A stretch of DNA of 32,000 nt from Candidatus Arthromitus sp. SFB-rat-Yit (GTDB lineage Bacteria; Bacillota; Clostridia; Clostridiales; Clostridiaceae): NCBI RefSeq assembly GCF_000283555.1, contig NC_016012.1, positions 780,001 to 812,000 on the forward strand, given 5' to 3'. Below, one piece after another: positions 17,192-25,679 of the stretch. The position numbers and the translations under genes were made by a program. Each line of letters opens with the position of its first letter. Within the stretch, counting starts at the first letter, position 1. The notes under the pieces are model-generated. The model saw nothing but the letters and a program-made list of their open reading frames with translations, was not told the origin of the DNA and did no database searches.

Positions 17192-18790
17192 CTAAAAAGT
17201 ACTGCTATAATAATCTACTATTTCTTTAAAAATTGGACCTGCTGTATTTCCTCCAAACTGTCCCTCTTCATTTATGTTTTCAACAAACACAAACATTGAA
17301 TAATATTTGTTTCTATGTTTAAAATATCCTAATACCCATCCATCTGAAACAAGACTTTCTCCATCAAACCTTTCAGTTGTACCTGTTTTAATTCCACTTT
17401 CTAGACTGTTAATTTTAATATTCTTTCCTGTCCCATTTTCCAAAGTATTTATTAACATATCTTTCATTATGTTTGCTGTATCTTTTTTCAATACTTTGTC
17501 AGAATCAACCTCAAATTCTTTTATAATTTCATTATTTTCATTCACGATTTGATCAACCAACTTTAGTCTATTATAAACACCATTATTTAAAATAGTATTT
17601 GTTATACTCAAAGCTTGTAATGGTTCAATTAACATATTTTGTCCCATAGATAAAAATAAAGGTCCATCCTCATATTCTTTAGGTTCGGCATAACTTCCAC
17701 TAGCTTCTCTCAAATCACTAAACCCCAATACTTTCTTAAATAACCCTTGATCCTCAGCATAACTTTTAATCAAATCCCAACCAATCTCTTTTCCTATTTC
17801 TGCAAATATATTATTACATGAAACGGCAAGAGCATCTTCTATAGTTAAGGTTCCTGAATGCCTATTTTTACATAAATTATACCTGCTATTTTCACAGTTG
17901 AAAGTATGTTTAGATGTGAAAATTCCGGAATCAATAGCAGCCTCTGCAACTACAAGTTTAAAAACTGAACCTGGAACATATCCAAGGCTTGCAGATCCAA
18001 GAATAATATTAGGATTATACTCGTTTTTTTGGACTAATGCTTTTATTTCTCCAGTTGTCGCTTCCGATATAGCAATTGCTATACCATCAAATTGATCATA
18101 TTTTTTATCTTTAATTATATTTTTTATCCCCTCTTGTAACTCTTTATTTATAGTTAATTTTAAATTATTATTATCTTCATCTACGACTTTTTTACCATTC
18201 TTAACATAATTGAAATCAATCTTTGGATACTTATTATTTTCAATATAGTTATGATACTCATCATTTGTTGAATTTTCGGAAATTTCCTTAATTAAAATAT
18301 TTTGAATTGACCACGCTTCATTCTCATTAAATTCGTTGTACTCGTAAAGATAAACCCCATTTATATCTTGCAAAGTTTTTAATTTATCATATGTATACTT
18401 GTCAACCTCAAACTTAAAATTGTATCCAGGATTCTCTTGAAATTTTTGAATCAAATCAAAATCTTTGTTATAGTTTTTTAAAATAGATGTGAATGTTAAA
18501 ATCTTCTCCATTTCTATATTATTATTATAGTTTTTAAATATGTTAGATTTTACTTGTACTATATATTTATTATTATACTTAATTAAATCATTGAAATTCT
18601 CATCAAGAATTCTATAATTTAAATTACTTGTCCTATAATCTAAATTGTATTGATTCGTTGCTATGGATACATACTTATCTGATTTTGTACCTAACTGTAT
18701 AAATGCAAGTCTAAAAATTATAACAAGGATACTCAATCCAAACAAAATATTTATAAATCTTATTCTCACTCTGATATTATTTTTATCCAT
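17192..18790 (-). CDS. Class B penicillin-binding protein (transpeptidase; SpoVD/FtsI/PBP2-like)
   Basis: 532 aa. N-terminal TM anchor, an Asn/Lys-rich pedestal region, and transpeptidase motifs SxxK (PGSVFK), SxN (SCNN) and KTG (KTGT). No PASTA domains seen. Which paralogue it is cannot be decided from sequence alone. Confidence 0.8.
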   Translation of the reverse strand: MDKNNIRVRIRFINILFGLSILVIIFRLAFIQLGTKSDKYVSIATNQYNLDYRTSNLNYRILDENFNDLIKYNNKYIVQVKSNIFKNYNNNIEMEKILTFTSILKNYNKDFDLIQKFQENPGYNFKFEVDKYTYDKLKTLQDINGVYLYEYNEFNENEAWSIQNILIKEISENSTNDEYHNYIENNKYPKIDFNYVKNGKKVVDEDNNNLKLTINKELQEGIKNIIKDKKYDQFDGIAIAISEATTGEIKALVQKNEYNPNIILGSASLGYVPGSVFKLVVAEAAIDSGIFTSKHTFNCENSRYNLCKNRHSGTLTIEDALAVSCNNIFAEIGKEIGWDLIKSYAEDQGLFKKVLGFSDLREASGSYAEPKEYEDGPLFLSMGQNMLIEPLQALSITNTILNNGVYNRLKLVDQIVNENNEIIKEFEVDSDKVLKKDTANIMKDMLINTLENGTGKNIKINSLESGIKTGTTERFDGESLVSDGWVLGYFKHRNKYYSMFVFVENINEEGQFGGNTAGPIFKEIVDYYSSTF

Positions 18791-18879
18791 AAATAAAACC
18801 CCACTCTATTGATCCAAAAGAAATATTTGTATAAATCATTTCAAATATTTTTAAAAATATTCACATAAATTAACAAATT

Positions 18880-18924
18880 CTCAAAAACAAATTCAGAGCT
18901 AGAATAAATTAATTATTCTAGCTC
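18880..18924 (-). terminator. Rho-independent terminator after the U32 gene
   Basis: Perfect 12-bp stem GAGCTAGAATAA / TTATTCTAGCTC (18896-18907 and 18913-18924) with a 5-nt loop, followed on the minus strand by TGAATTTGTTTTTGA. Confidence 0.55.
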
Positions 18925-18932
18925 CAAATATT

Positions 18933-20165
18933 TTAACCAAGTGAAATTTCATTTTTCTTCATAATTATAAAATCATTTGTCTTTAATTCAGTTTCAACAT
19001 GTGCTGTAAAAATCATTTGAGCATGGTTAGCCTTCTCAATATTTTCACCTTTATCATTCTTCATATCGTTTAATACAACCTCAAAATTTTCAGTTTTAGG
19101 TCGTATAATCTCAACCTTATCTCCATTAAACACTCTATTTCTTTGCTCAATAGTTGCTATCTTTGTTTCTTTATCATAATTTTTAACAATACCAATTATA
19201 TCATATTCTCTTACATACGTTGCACTTTCATAACTTTGCTCTCCAGATTTTCCATAAAAAAATCCTGTAGAATATCTTCTATGACTTATCTTCTGAAGAT
19301 TTCTTTTCCAATCAGGGTTAACTTTAAAATTTTCAGGATCGGCATAATATGTATCAATAGCCTCCCTATACATCTTTACAACCATGGCAAGATAAAATAA
19401 ACTTTTCATACGTCCTTCAATTTTCACAGAGGCAACTCCAGATCTAATTACATCATCAATATGTTCAATCATACATAAATCTTTTGAGTTCATTATGTAA
19501 GTTCCATCTTCGTCTTCAAAAACTGGGTAATACTCATTAGGTCGTGTTTCTTCCACAAGATAATATTTATATCTACAAGCTTGAGAGCAAGCCCCCTTGT
19601 TTGAATCTCTAGATGTCATATAATTTGATATTAAACACCTACCAGAATAAGCCATACACATAGCTCCATGAACGAACACTTCTATTTCACAATCTTCTGG
19701 CAATTTCTTCACAAATTCTTCTACCTCTTTTAGTTTTAATTCTCGAGCTAAGATTATCCTTTTTAATCCATAATCATACCAGAATCTCGCAGTTTCATAA
19801 TTCATCGCATTAGCTTGAGTACTTAAATGTATATCCATGTTTGTATTCTTTTTAACTATTGAAATCAAACCTGGATCTGCAATGATCGCACCATCGAAGC
19901 CCAAAGATTCACATCTTTTGACATAGTCTTCAATACCATTCATGTCAAAATTTCTTGGGATCGCATTCAAAACCAAATAAACTTTAGCTCCTCTATCATG
20001 AGCATATTTTATTCCCTCTTTCATCTCATCAAAATCAAAATTATCTGCAAATGCTCTCAGATTTAATCTTGGACCTCCAACATAGACAGCATCAGCTCCA
20101 AAATCAATAGCTACCTTTAATTTTTCTAAACTGCCTGCAGGTGCAAGCAATTCAACTTTTTTCAC
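18933..20165 (-). CDS. Peptidase U32 family protein (YrrO/TrhP-like, tRNA U34 5-hydroxylation factor)
   Basis: 410 aa with the U32 signature EVFVHGAMCMAYSGRCLIS. GTG start just after the trmR stop (6 nt between the ORFs). Same yrrM-yrrN/O arrangement as in Bacillus. Confidence 0.85.
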   Translation of the reverse strand: MKKVELLAPAGSLEKLKVAIDFGADAVYVGGPRLNLRAFADNFDFDEMKEGIKYAHDRGAKVYLVLNAIPRNFDMNGIEDYVKRCESLGFDGAIIADPGLISIVKKNTNMDIHLSTQANAMNYETARFWYDYGLKRIILARELKLKEVEEFVKKLPEDCEIEVFVHGAMCMAYSGRCLISNYMTSRDSNKGACSQACRYKYYLVEETRPNEYYPVFEDEDGTYIMNSKDLCMIEHIDDVIRSGVASVKIEGRMKSLFYLAMVVKMYREAIDTYYADPENFKVNPDWKRNLQKISHRRYSTGFFYGKSGEQSYESATYVREYDIIGIVKNYDKETKIATIEQRNRVFNGDKVEIIRPKTENFEVVLNDMKNDKGENIEKANHAQMIFTAHVETELKTNDFIIMKKNEISLG

Positions 20166-20169
20166 CTTA

Positions 20170-20817
20170 TTAATTCCTCCTTAAAATCATAATACCATCA
20201 CCAATAGGTAACAACATTGTTGAAAATCTTGTATCGTTGACAACATTCTTTAAAAATTTTCTCATGTTGTTTACGATAGTTTTTTTACGTTTTACAACTA
20301 AACTATCTGACGCAACCATGCCTTTATATAAAACATTGTCGAAGATAATTATACCATTTTTATTTAAATTTTGGATACAATTGTTCAATAGTTTCTCATA
20401 ATGAGATTTAGATGAATCAATAAATATAAAATCATATCCACGATCTAAATATTCAAAATTTTCAAAACAATCCCCCTCTATAAGACGTATTTTGTTTTCA
20501 TAGCCAAACTTTTTAAAATTTTCTTTTGCTTTTATGATACGATTCTTATCTCTTTCAACGGTTGTTATTTCAACGTTACCTTGAAGTTGTTCGCACATAA
20601 AGATAGAAGAAAATCCTATAGCTGTTCCAAATTCCAAAATATTTTTAGGGATATTGATTTTAAGCATTATACTTATAAAATTTTGAACTTGTTTGTCAAT
20701 TATTGGCACATTATTTTCTAAAGCATATACCTCAAGATCCATAAGATCGTTTGATAAATCTAACCTTGTATTTTTAATTATAAATTCATTTATATCATCA
20801 TTAACGATATTACTCAT
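20170..20817 (-). CDS. trmR: SAM-dependent O-methyltransferase, YrrM/TrmR family (tRNA ho5U34 to mo5U34)
   Basis: 215 aa class I MTase (LEFGTAIGFSS SAM-binding loop, FIFIDSSK) of the caffeoyl-CoA O-methyltransferase-like YrrM type. Located between mltG and a U32 gene as in Bacillus. AGGAGA RBS. Confidence 0.75.
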   Translation of the reverse strand: MSNIVNDDINEFIIKNTRLDLSNDLMDLEVYALENNVPIIDKQVQNFISIMLKINIPKNILEFGTAIGFSSIFMCEQLQGNVEITTVERDKNRIIKAKENFKKFGYENKIRLIEGDCFENFEYLDRGYDFIFIDSSKSHYEKLLNNCIQNLNKNGIIIFDNVLYKGMVASDSLVVKRKKTIVNNMRKFLKNVVNDTRFSTMLLPIGDGIMILRRN

Positions 20818-20884
20818 GATAATTTCTCCTAAATCAACAAAATTAATAAAAATAATTTTTTGTTATTTTTTGACTTTTTATAAA

Positions 20885-20913
20885 AATATAGTCAATAATA
20901 TATTCCATGTCAA
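20885..20913 (-). promoter_or_regulatory. Sigma-A type promoter for trmR-U32
   Basis: The minus strand reads TTGACA (20908-20913 rc), exactly 17 nt, then TATATT (20885-20890 rc). Lies about 70 nt upstream of the trmR ATG, just after the mltG terminator. Confidence 0.45.
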
Positions 20914-20937
20914 TAATTGTATTTAATTGACATTTCG

Positions 20938-20973
20938 ATAAAACATAAAAGGCCACCTATTGAGATGACCTTT
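20938..20973 (-). terminator. Rho-independent terminator after mltG
   Basis: The minus-strand RNA has a 10-bp stem AAAGGUCAUC / GGUGGCCUUU (two G-U pairs) with a 6-nt loop, followed by UUUUAUGUUUU. Confidence 0.5.
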
Positions 20974-20979
20974 TAAAAT

Positions 20980-22014
20980 TTATTTTTTTACAGCAAGAGT
21001 TGTATCTCTTATTGCTTTTTGTCTTAAGAAATCTGCATAATTTTCAAAGAAATAATGATAGTTCGTTTCATCATTTAATATGAAATATAGATAATTCGTT
21101 TCAATTGGACTTATCGAAGCTTTAAGTGATTCCCTTCCTGGTGATGCAATAGGCCCTATAGGAAGCGATGAATACTTGTATGTATTATACTTCGAATCAA
21201 CTTCCAAATCAGAATTATATAATACCTCCTTATGTTTTCCTAAAGCATATATAACCGTTGCACAAGACTGAAGGGGCATTTCAATTCTTAATCTGTTATA
21301 AAATACAGATGCAGCTTTTACTCGTTCTTCATCATGTATAATTTCTCTCTCGACAATAGATGCCATCGTTACAATATCATCTATCTTATCTTCAGGAATA
21401 GAAACTTTTAATTCAGTTTCTAATTCCTTTAAAACTGTTTCAAATTTATCAAGCATAATTTTTATTACAGTATTCGGTGTTGAATCTTTATCAAAATGAT
21501 AAGTATCTGGAAATAAAAATCCTTCCAACATATATCTTCTCTCATCGACATTTTTAACGTATTTTGGTAATGGATAATATTTAACTTCATTTAAAAAATC
21601 TTGTTTTGTAAAACCTAATCCTGACTTCTCAAATAACTCTCCCATTGCTTCCACAGAATATCCTTCAGGTACAGTAACCTTAATAAATTCAGGCATTCTT
21701 CCTTTATTTAAAAATGCCATAACTGTACCTAAAGAAACATCGTCACCAAAAGAGTATTGTCCCGGTTTTATATTTGTATCATAATTAAATATTTTAACTG
21801 AAAGTTTTACAAATAAAGAGTTTCGAAGTTTACCTTGATTTTCCAACTTATTTATTACATTGTTTAAGGTATCACCCTCTTTAACATCAATTTCTACATT
21901 AGATGAGAATGGTCTATTATTTATTGATTGAAAGTTATAAACGAAATAAGCAACAAAACATAATAACAATGAAAAAATTAAAATCAAAATTTTAGATAGC
22001 CAAGATATTCTCAT
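20980..22014 (-). CDS. mltG: Endolytic murein transglycosylase MltG (YceG-like)
   Basis: 344 aa with an N-terminal TM anchor and YceG-domain motifs (...ASIVEREI..., ...LQSCATVIYA..., ...YNTYKYSSLPIGPIASPG...). Synteny with Bacillus yrrL. Confidence 0.85.
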   Translation of the reverse strand: MRISWLSKILILIFSLLLCFVAYFVYNFQSINNRPFSSNVEIDVKEGDTLNNVINKLENQGKLRNSLFVKLSVKIFNYDTNIKPGQYSFGDDVSLGTVMAFLNKGRMPEFIKVTVPEGYSVEAMGELFEKSGLGFTKQDFLNEVKYYPLPKYVKNVDERRYMLEGFLFPDTYHFDKDSTPNTVIKIMLDKFETVLKELETELKVSIPEDKIDDIVTMASIVEREIIHDEERVKAASVFYNRLRIEMPLQSCATVIYALGKHKEVLYNSDLEVDSKYNTYKYSSLPIGPIASPGRESLKASISPIETNYLYFILNDETNYHYFFENYADFLRQKAIRDTTLAVKK

Positions 22015-22087
22015 TAAATCCTCCTATACATTGCAACATTTATAATTCGTGAAAATTAAAATCATATATTAACCATATCATTTATGT

Positions 22088-22135
22088 AAAAAATAAAATA
22101 AAAAGCCAAAGTGTAAAAAGTTAATACACCATGGC
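22088..22135 (-). terminator. Rho-independent terminator after the YlbF/YheA-like gene
   Basis: Interrupted stem GCCA..GTGTA / TACAC..TGGC (22105-22135), followed on the minus strand by TTTTTATTTTATTTTT. Confidence 0.55.
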
Positions 22136-22144
22136 AAAGGTTAA

Positions 22145-22486
22145 TTAAACAAAACTTTGTATGCCAAAAGCTTCATTTAATATCTTCATTATGTCATCAA
22201 CAATTATACCAACTTTTTGTTCGTATTGAACATACTCAGCAACTACAGGATTAGCCATAACTTTTTGAGATACTATTTTAAATTTTTCTTCAGTTTCTTT
22301 CTCTAATTTGCCTTCTGAACGTTGCTCATTAAATACTAAAAATTGAACATCCCTTAATTCTTTCAACAAAGATGTTAAACTTTCATCTGCTTTAATCTTT
22401 TCACTTATCTCTTTTAATTTTTTAACTTCTTCCATTTGTTTTATAGAATTTGCCAATTCGTGAGCTTTATCATGAATATTAATCAT
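22145..22486 (-). CDS. YlbF/YmcA/YheA-family (Com_YlbF, UPF0342-like) helical regulator protein
   Basis: 113 aa, all-helical and acidic/lysine-rich. The N-terminal pattern I.DKAHELANSIKQMEEVKKLKE...IKADES...LLKELRD...Q resembles the YheA/YlbF family. AGGAGGG RBS 8 nt upstream. Confidence 0.6.
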   Translation of the reverse strand: MINIHDKAHELANSIKQMEEVKKLKEISEKIKADESLTSLLKELRDVQFLVFNEQRSEGKLEKETEEKFKIVSQKVMANPVVAEYVQYEQKVGIIVDDIMKILNEAFGIQSFV

Positions 22487-22532
22487 GAAGTTTTCCCTCC
22501 TAATAAATCTAATATTTAAAAATTTATATAAA

Positions 22533-24356
22533 TTATATTTCCATTATAATTGGTAAAATCATAGGGCGTCGTTTAGTTTTTTCATATAAAAAGCTTCTGA
22601 GTGTATCTTTAATATTTGATTTTAAAGTTGACCAATCCATTATTCCTTCTTCCTCACATTCACGAAGAACTTCTCTAACCAACTCTCTAACATTATCAAT
22701 TAATTTTTCAGATTCACGCACGTAAACAAACCCTCTTGATATTATATCTGGACCTGCAATTATTGTTCCACTCTGACTATCTATAGTAACAACAACTGTA
22801 AGAACACCATCTTGCGACAAATGCTTTCTATCCTTAAGTACAATGTTTCCTACATCTCCAACTCCAAGACCATCAACAAATATTTGACCTGATGGTACAG
22901 TCCCTATTTTGCTTATGGAATTTCTCTTTACTTCGGCAATTTCTCCACATTCCATTATTAACATATTTTTTCTGCTAATACCAAGACTTTCTGCCAACTC
23001 AACATGATGATTTAGGTGCCTAAACTCCCCGTGAATTGGTATAAAGAATTTCGGTTTTGCAAGAGCAAGCATTAATTTAAGCTCCTCTTGGCATGCATGC
23101 CCCGATACATGAACTTTAGCTTTAGATTCATATATAACATCAGCACCACTCTTAAATAATTTATTTACAACCTTAGAAACAAGCTTTTCATTTCCTGGTA
23201 TAGGAGTAGCTGAAAATATAACGGTATCTCCTGGAATAATCGATACCTTCTTGTGATCACCTGATGCCATTCTTGCAAGAGCAGACATAGGTTCTCCCTG
23301 AGTTCCAGTAGTTATAATAACAATCTTATCTGGAGCCCACCTATTAATCTCATCTATTCCTATTAATACATCATCATCGAACTGTATATATCCAAGTTCT
23401 TTTGCAACACCTGTTATGTTTTCCATACTTCTACCAGATATTGCAACTTTTTTCCCATACATTGCAGCTGCATTAATTATCTGTTGAATTCTATGGACAT
23501 TCGACGCAAATGTAGCAACTATGATTCTAGATTTAGCTTTTCCAAATATATCTTCAAAAGTTCTACCGATCTCTTTTTCCGAAATTGTAAAACCTGGCTT
23601 TTCAACATTCGTACTCTCACCAAGCATACAAATTATTCCTTTTCTTCCAAGCTCCGCAATTCTTCCTAGATCGGCAATTTCTCCATCTATAGGAGTAAAA
23701 TCAACCTTAAAATCTCCAGTATGATAAACTATTCCAATTGGTGTATGTATCGCAATCGAAACCGCATCTGGAATGCTATGATTATTTTTTATAAACTCCA
23801 TGCTGATATTATCAAATTTAATAACATCCTTAGGACGCACAACATTCAATTTAGCGTAATCAATGTAATGTTCCTTAAGCTTCACAGATAGTATTCCCAA
23901 TGTTAACCTCGTTCCATACACGGGAACATTAATTTGTTTTAATATGTACGGCACAGCTCCTAAATGATCTTCATGCCCGTGAGTTAAAAATATTCCTTTA
24001 ACTCTGTCCTTATTTTTTATCAAATAACTTATATCTGGAATAACCAAATCAATTCCATACATATCATCATCAGGGAATTTTAATCCACAATCTATAACAA
24101 AAATATCATTTTTATATTCTATTGCTGTTATGTTTTTCCCAACTTCATTAAGCCCACCAAGCGGTATAATTTTTATCGAATTCTGAACTTTTTTCGAATC
24201 TCTATTAAAATTCTTTTCTTTCCTTTGTTGATTAAATTCTTTTTTAAAAGTGCCTTCCTTTTTAGGTGCTTCATCCTTTTTAGAATAATTATCTCTAGTT
24301 TTATAATTATTCTGAGAATCAACAACGTTACGTTTTGATTCTGTTTTTAAATCCAT
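22533..24356 (-). CDS. rnj: Ribonuclease J with an N-terminal basic extension
   Basis: 607 aa. Metallo-beta-lactamase HxHxDH motif (THGHEDHLGA), beta-CASP and C-terminal domain, RNase J-typical IIPLGGLNEVGKN. About 60 extra Lys/Asn/Gln-rich N-terminal residues. AGGAGG RBS. Confidence 0.9.
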   Translation of the reverse strand: MDLKTESKRNVVDSQNNYKTRDNYSKKDEAPKKEGTFKKEFNQQRKEKNFNRDSKKVQNSIKIIPLGGLNEVGKNITAIEYKNDIFVIDCGLKFPDDDMYGIDLVIPDISYLIKNKDRVKGIFLTHGHEDHLGAVPYILKQINVPVYGTRLTLGILSVKLKEHYIDYAKLNVVRPKDVIKFDNISMEFIKNNHSIPDAVSIAIHTPIGIVYHTGDFKVDFTPIDGEIADLGRIAELGRKGIICMLGESTNVEKPGFTISEKEIGRTFEDIFGKAKSRIIVATFASNVHRIQQIINAAAMYGKKVAISGRSMENITGVAKELGYIQFDDDVLIGIDEINRWAPDKIVIITTGTQGEPMSALARMASGDHKKVSIIPGDTVIFSATPIPGNEKLVSKVVNKLFKSGADVIYESKAKVHVSGHACQEELKLMLALAKPKFFIPIHGEFRHLNHHVELAESLGISRKNMLIMECGEIAEVKRNSISKIGTVPSGQIFVDGLGVGDVGNIVLKDRKHLSQDGVLTVVVTIDSQSGTIIAGPDIISRGFVYVRESEKLIDNVRELVREVLRECEEEGIMDWSTLKSNIKDTLRSFLYEKTKRRPMILPIIMEI

Positions 24357-24367
24357 TATAAATCCTC

Positions 24368-24817
24368 CTATTCATTTTTACATTCACTACAAATGCCTAG
24401 AATCTTTAAATTATGGTCAATAATTTCAAATTTGTATTTATCTTCAACTCTCTTTTCTAAATTTTCTAACAAATCTTCTTTAACTTCCATAATTTTATTA
24501 CATTTAACACAAATCAAATGGTGATGCGTATGTTCCTCATCAAAAGAAGACAATTCATATCTAATTACTCTACCATCAAATACTAACTTACTAAGAACTC
24601 CTAATTCTTCAAATAATACAATCGTTCTATAAACGGTAGCAATCCCTATAGTCTTATTCTTTTCGTTTACATAATTATAAATCTCATCAATTGTCAAATG
24701 CTTATTCCTATTTTCGATTATTACGTTCAATATACATTCTCTCTGAGCCGTTAATTTATATCCTTTTGACTTTAGGTATATTTTTATATCTTCCAAATCA
24801 TTTAATCCTCTATGCAT
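24368..24817 (-). CDS. Fur-family metalloregulator (Fur/PerR/Zur not distinguishable here)
   Basis: 149 aa with a winged-helix N-domain (LTAQRECIL...ATVYRTIVLFEELGV), an HTHHH-LIC-x-KC metal site and a C-terminal CSEC. AAGGAG RBS. The stop is 11 nt from the RNase J start. Confidence 0.85.
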   Translation of the reverse strand: MHRGLNDLEDIKIYLKSKGYKLTAQRECILNVIIENRNKHLTIDEIYNYVNEKNKTIGIATVYRTIVLFEELGVLSKLVFDGRVIRYELSSFDEEHTHHHLICVKCNKIMEVKEDLLENLEKRVEDKYKFEIIDHNLKILGICSECKNE

Positions 24818-24853
24818 TAAAACTACTCCTTAGATATAAAATCCAAATTTATA

Positions 24854-25267
24854 TCACTTATTTAAGATGTTCAAATAATCCTGCAAAATTATTTGAGCTG
24901 CTATCTTATCAACTATATTCTTTCTCTTTTTTCTAGACATATCTGCTTCTAACATAAAATTATTTGCTAAAACCGTAGTCAACCTTTCATCCATAAACTC
25001 AATCTCAATACCTTCATCCAAAATATTTTTTAGATCCTCACAAAACCTAATAACCTTCTCTCCTTGGAATCCAATACTGCCATTCATATTCTTAGGTAAT
25101 CCCACGATAACTTTACCAATTTTATTATCTCTAATAATACCATTGATGTGAGAAATATCTTTTTCATACTCACTTCGCCTATATGTACCAATCCCTTGAG
25201 CTATTATTCCCGAACTAATAGCAATCCCAATATTCTTATCACCAATATCTAATCCCATGTAATTCAT
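24854..25267 (-). CDS. ruvX: Holliday-junction-resolvase-like nuclease RuvX / YqgF (pre-16S rRNA nuclease)
   Basis: 137 aa with MGLDIGDKNIGIA... and ...DERLTT... motifs of the YqgF family. Position after ireB as in Bacillus (yrzL-yrrK). Confidence 0.85.
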   Translation of the reverse strand: MNYMGLDIGDKNIGIAISSGIIAQGIGTYRRSEYEKDISHINGIIRDNKIGKVIVGLPKNMNGSIGFQGEKVIRFCEDLKNILDEGIEIEFMDERLTTVLANNFMLEADMSRKKRKNIVDKIAAQIILQDYLNILNK

Positions 25268-25290
25268 CTAACTAACCTCTGTACAACTAA

Positions 25291-25325
25291 TAAAAAATCC
25301 AAGTAAGCTAAACGCAAACTTGGAT
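25291..25325 (-). terminator. Probable terminator or attenuating hairpin between ireB and ruvX
   Basis: 8-bp stem ATCCAAGT / ACTTGGAT (25297-25304 and 25318-25325) with a 13-nt loop, followed on the minus strand by TTTTTA. Confidence 0.5.
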
Positions 25326-25333
25326 AAAATTAA

Positions 25334-25609
25334 TTACTTTTTTAAGTAAGCTTTTAATACTTCTTCTAATATCTCATCACGCTCAAGTTTACTTATCAAT
25401 GCCCTGGCACCGTTATAATTTGTAATATAAGTTGGATCACCAGATATAAGATATCCTACTAATTGATTGATAGGCTTATATCCTTTCTGCTCCAAAGAAT
25501 TATAAACCTCTTCTAGTATTTCTTTGGTATTTAATTGATCTACAGATTCAAATTTACTCTCGATCAAATCACGATCATACTTCATAAACATCGTAAAATC
25601 TTTTTTCAT
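25334..25609 (-). CDS. ireB: IreB-family regulatory phosphoprotein (UPF0297, YrzL)
   Basis: 91 aa. ...[45 protein letters not shown]-like core is nearly identical to the Bacillus YrzL pattern. Directly downstream of alaS. Confidence 0.75.
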   Translation of the reverse strand: MKKDFTMFMKYDRDLIESKFESVDQLNTKEILEEVYNSLEQKGYKPINQLVGYLISGDPTYITNYNGARALISKLERDEILEEVLKAYLKK

Positions 25610-25679
25610 AAATCCATACGCACCTCCTCTTTTGGAGTCGTCTTGAAATAATTATATAACAATAATTATCATTTGGCAA

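Noticed and set aside
20927-20932. Plus-strand TTGACA that could be a -35 for an antisense promoter firing into mltG.
   Set aside because: There is no -10 element at 16-18 nt downstream. It is better explained as the right arm of the inverted repeat described in the findings.
25610-25679. Possible terminator or SD-sequestering hairpin (CTCC-AAAAGA-GGAG) and ATAATTAT repeats between alaS and ireB.
   Set aside because: A 4-bp stem is too weak, and the ATAATTAT repeats are self-complementary AT-only strings expected by chance in this composition.
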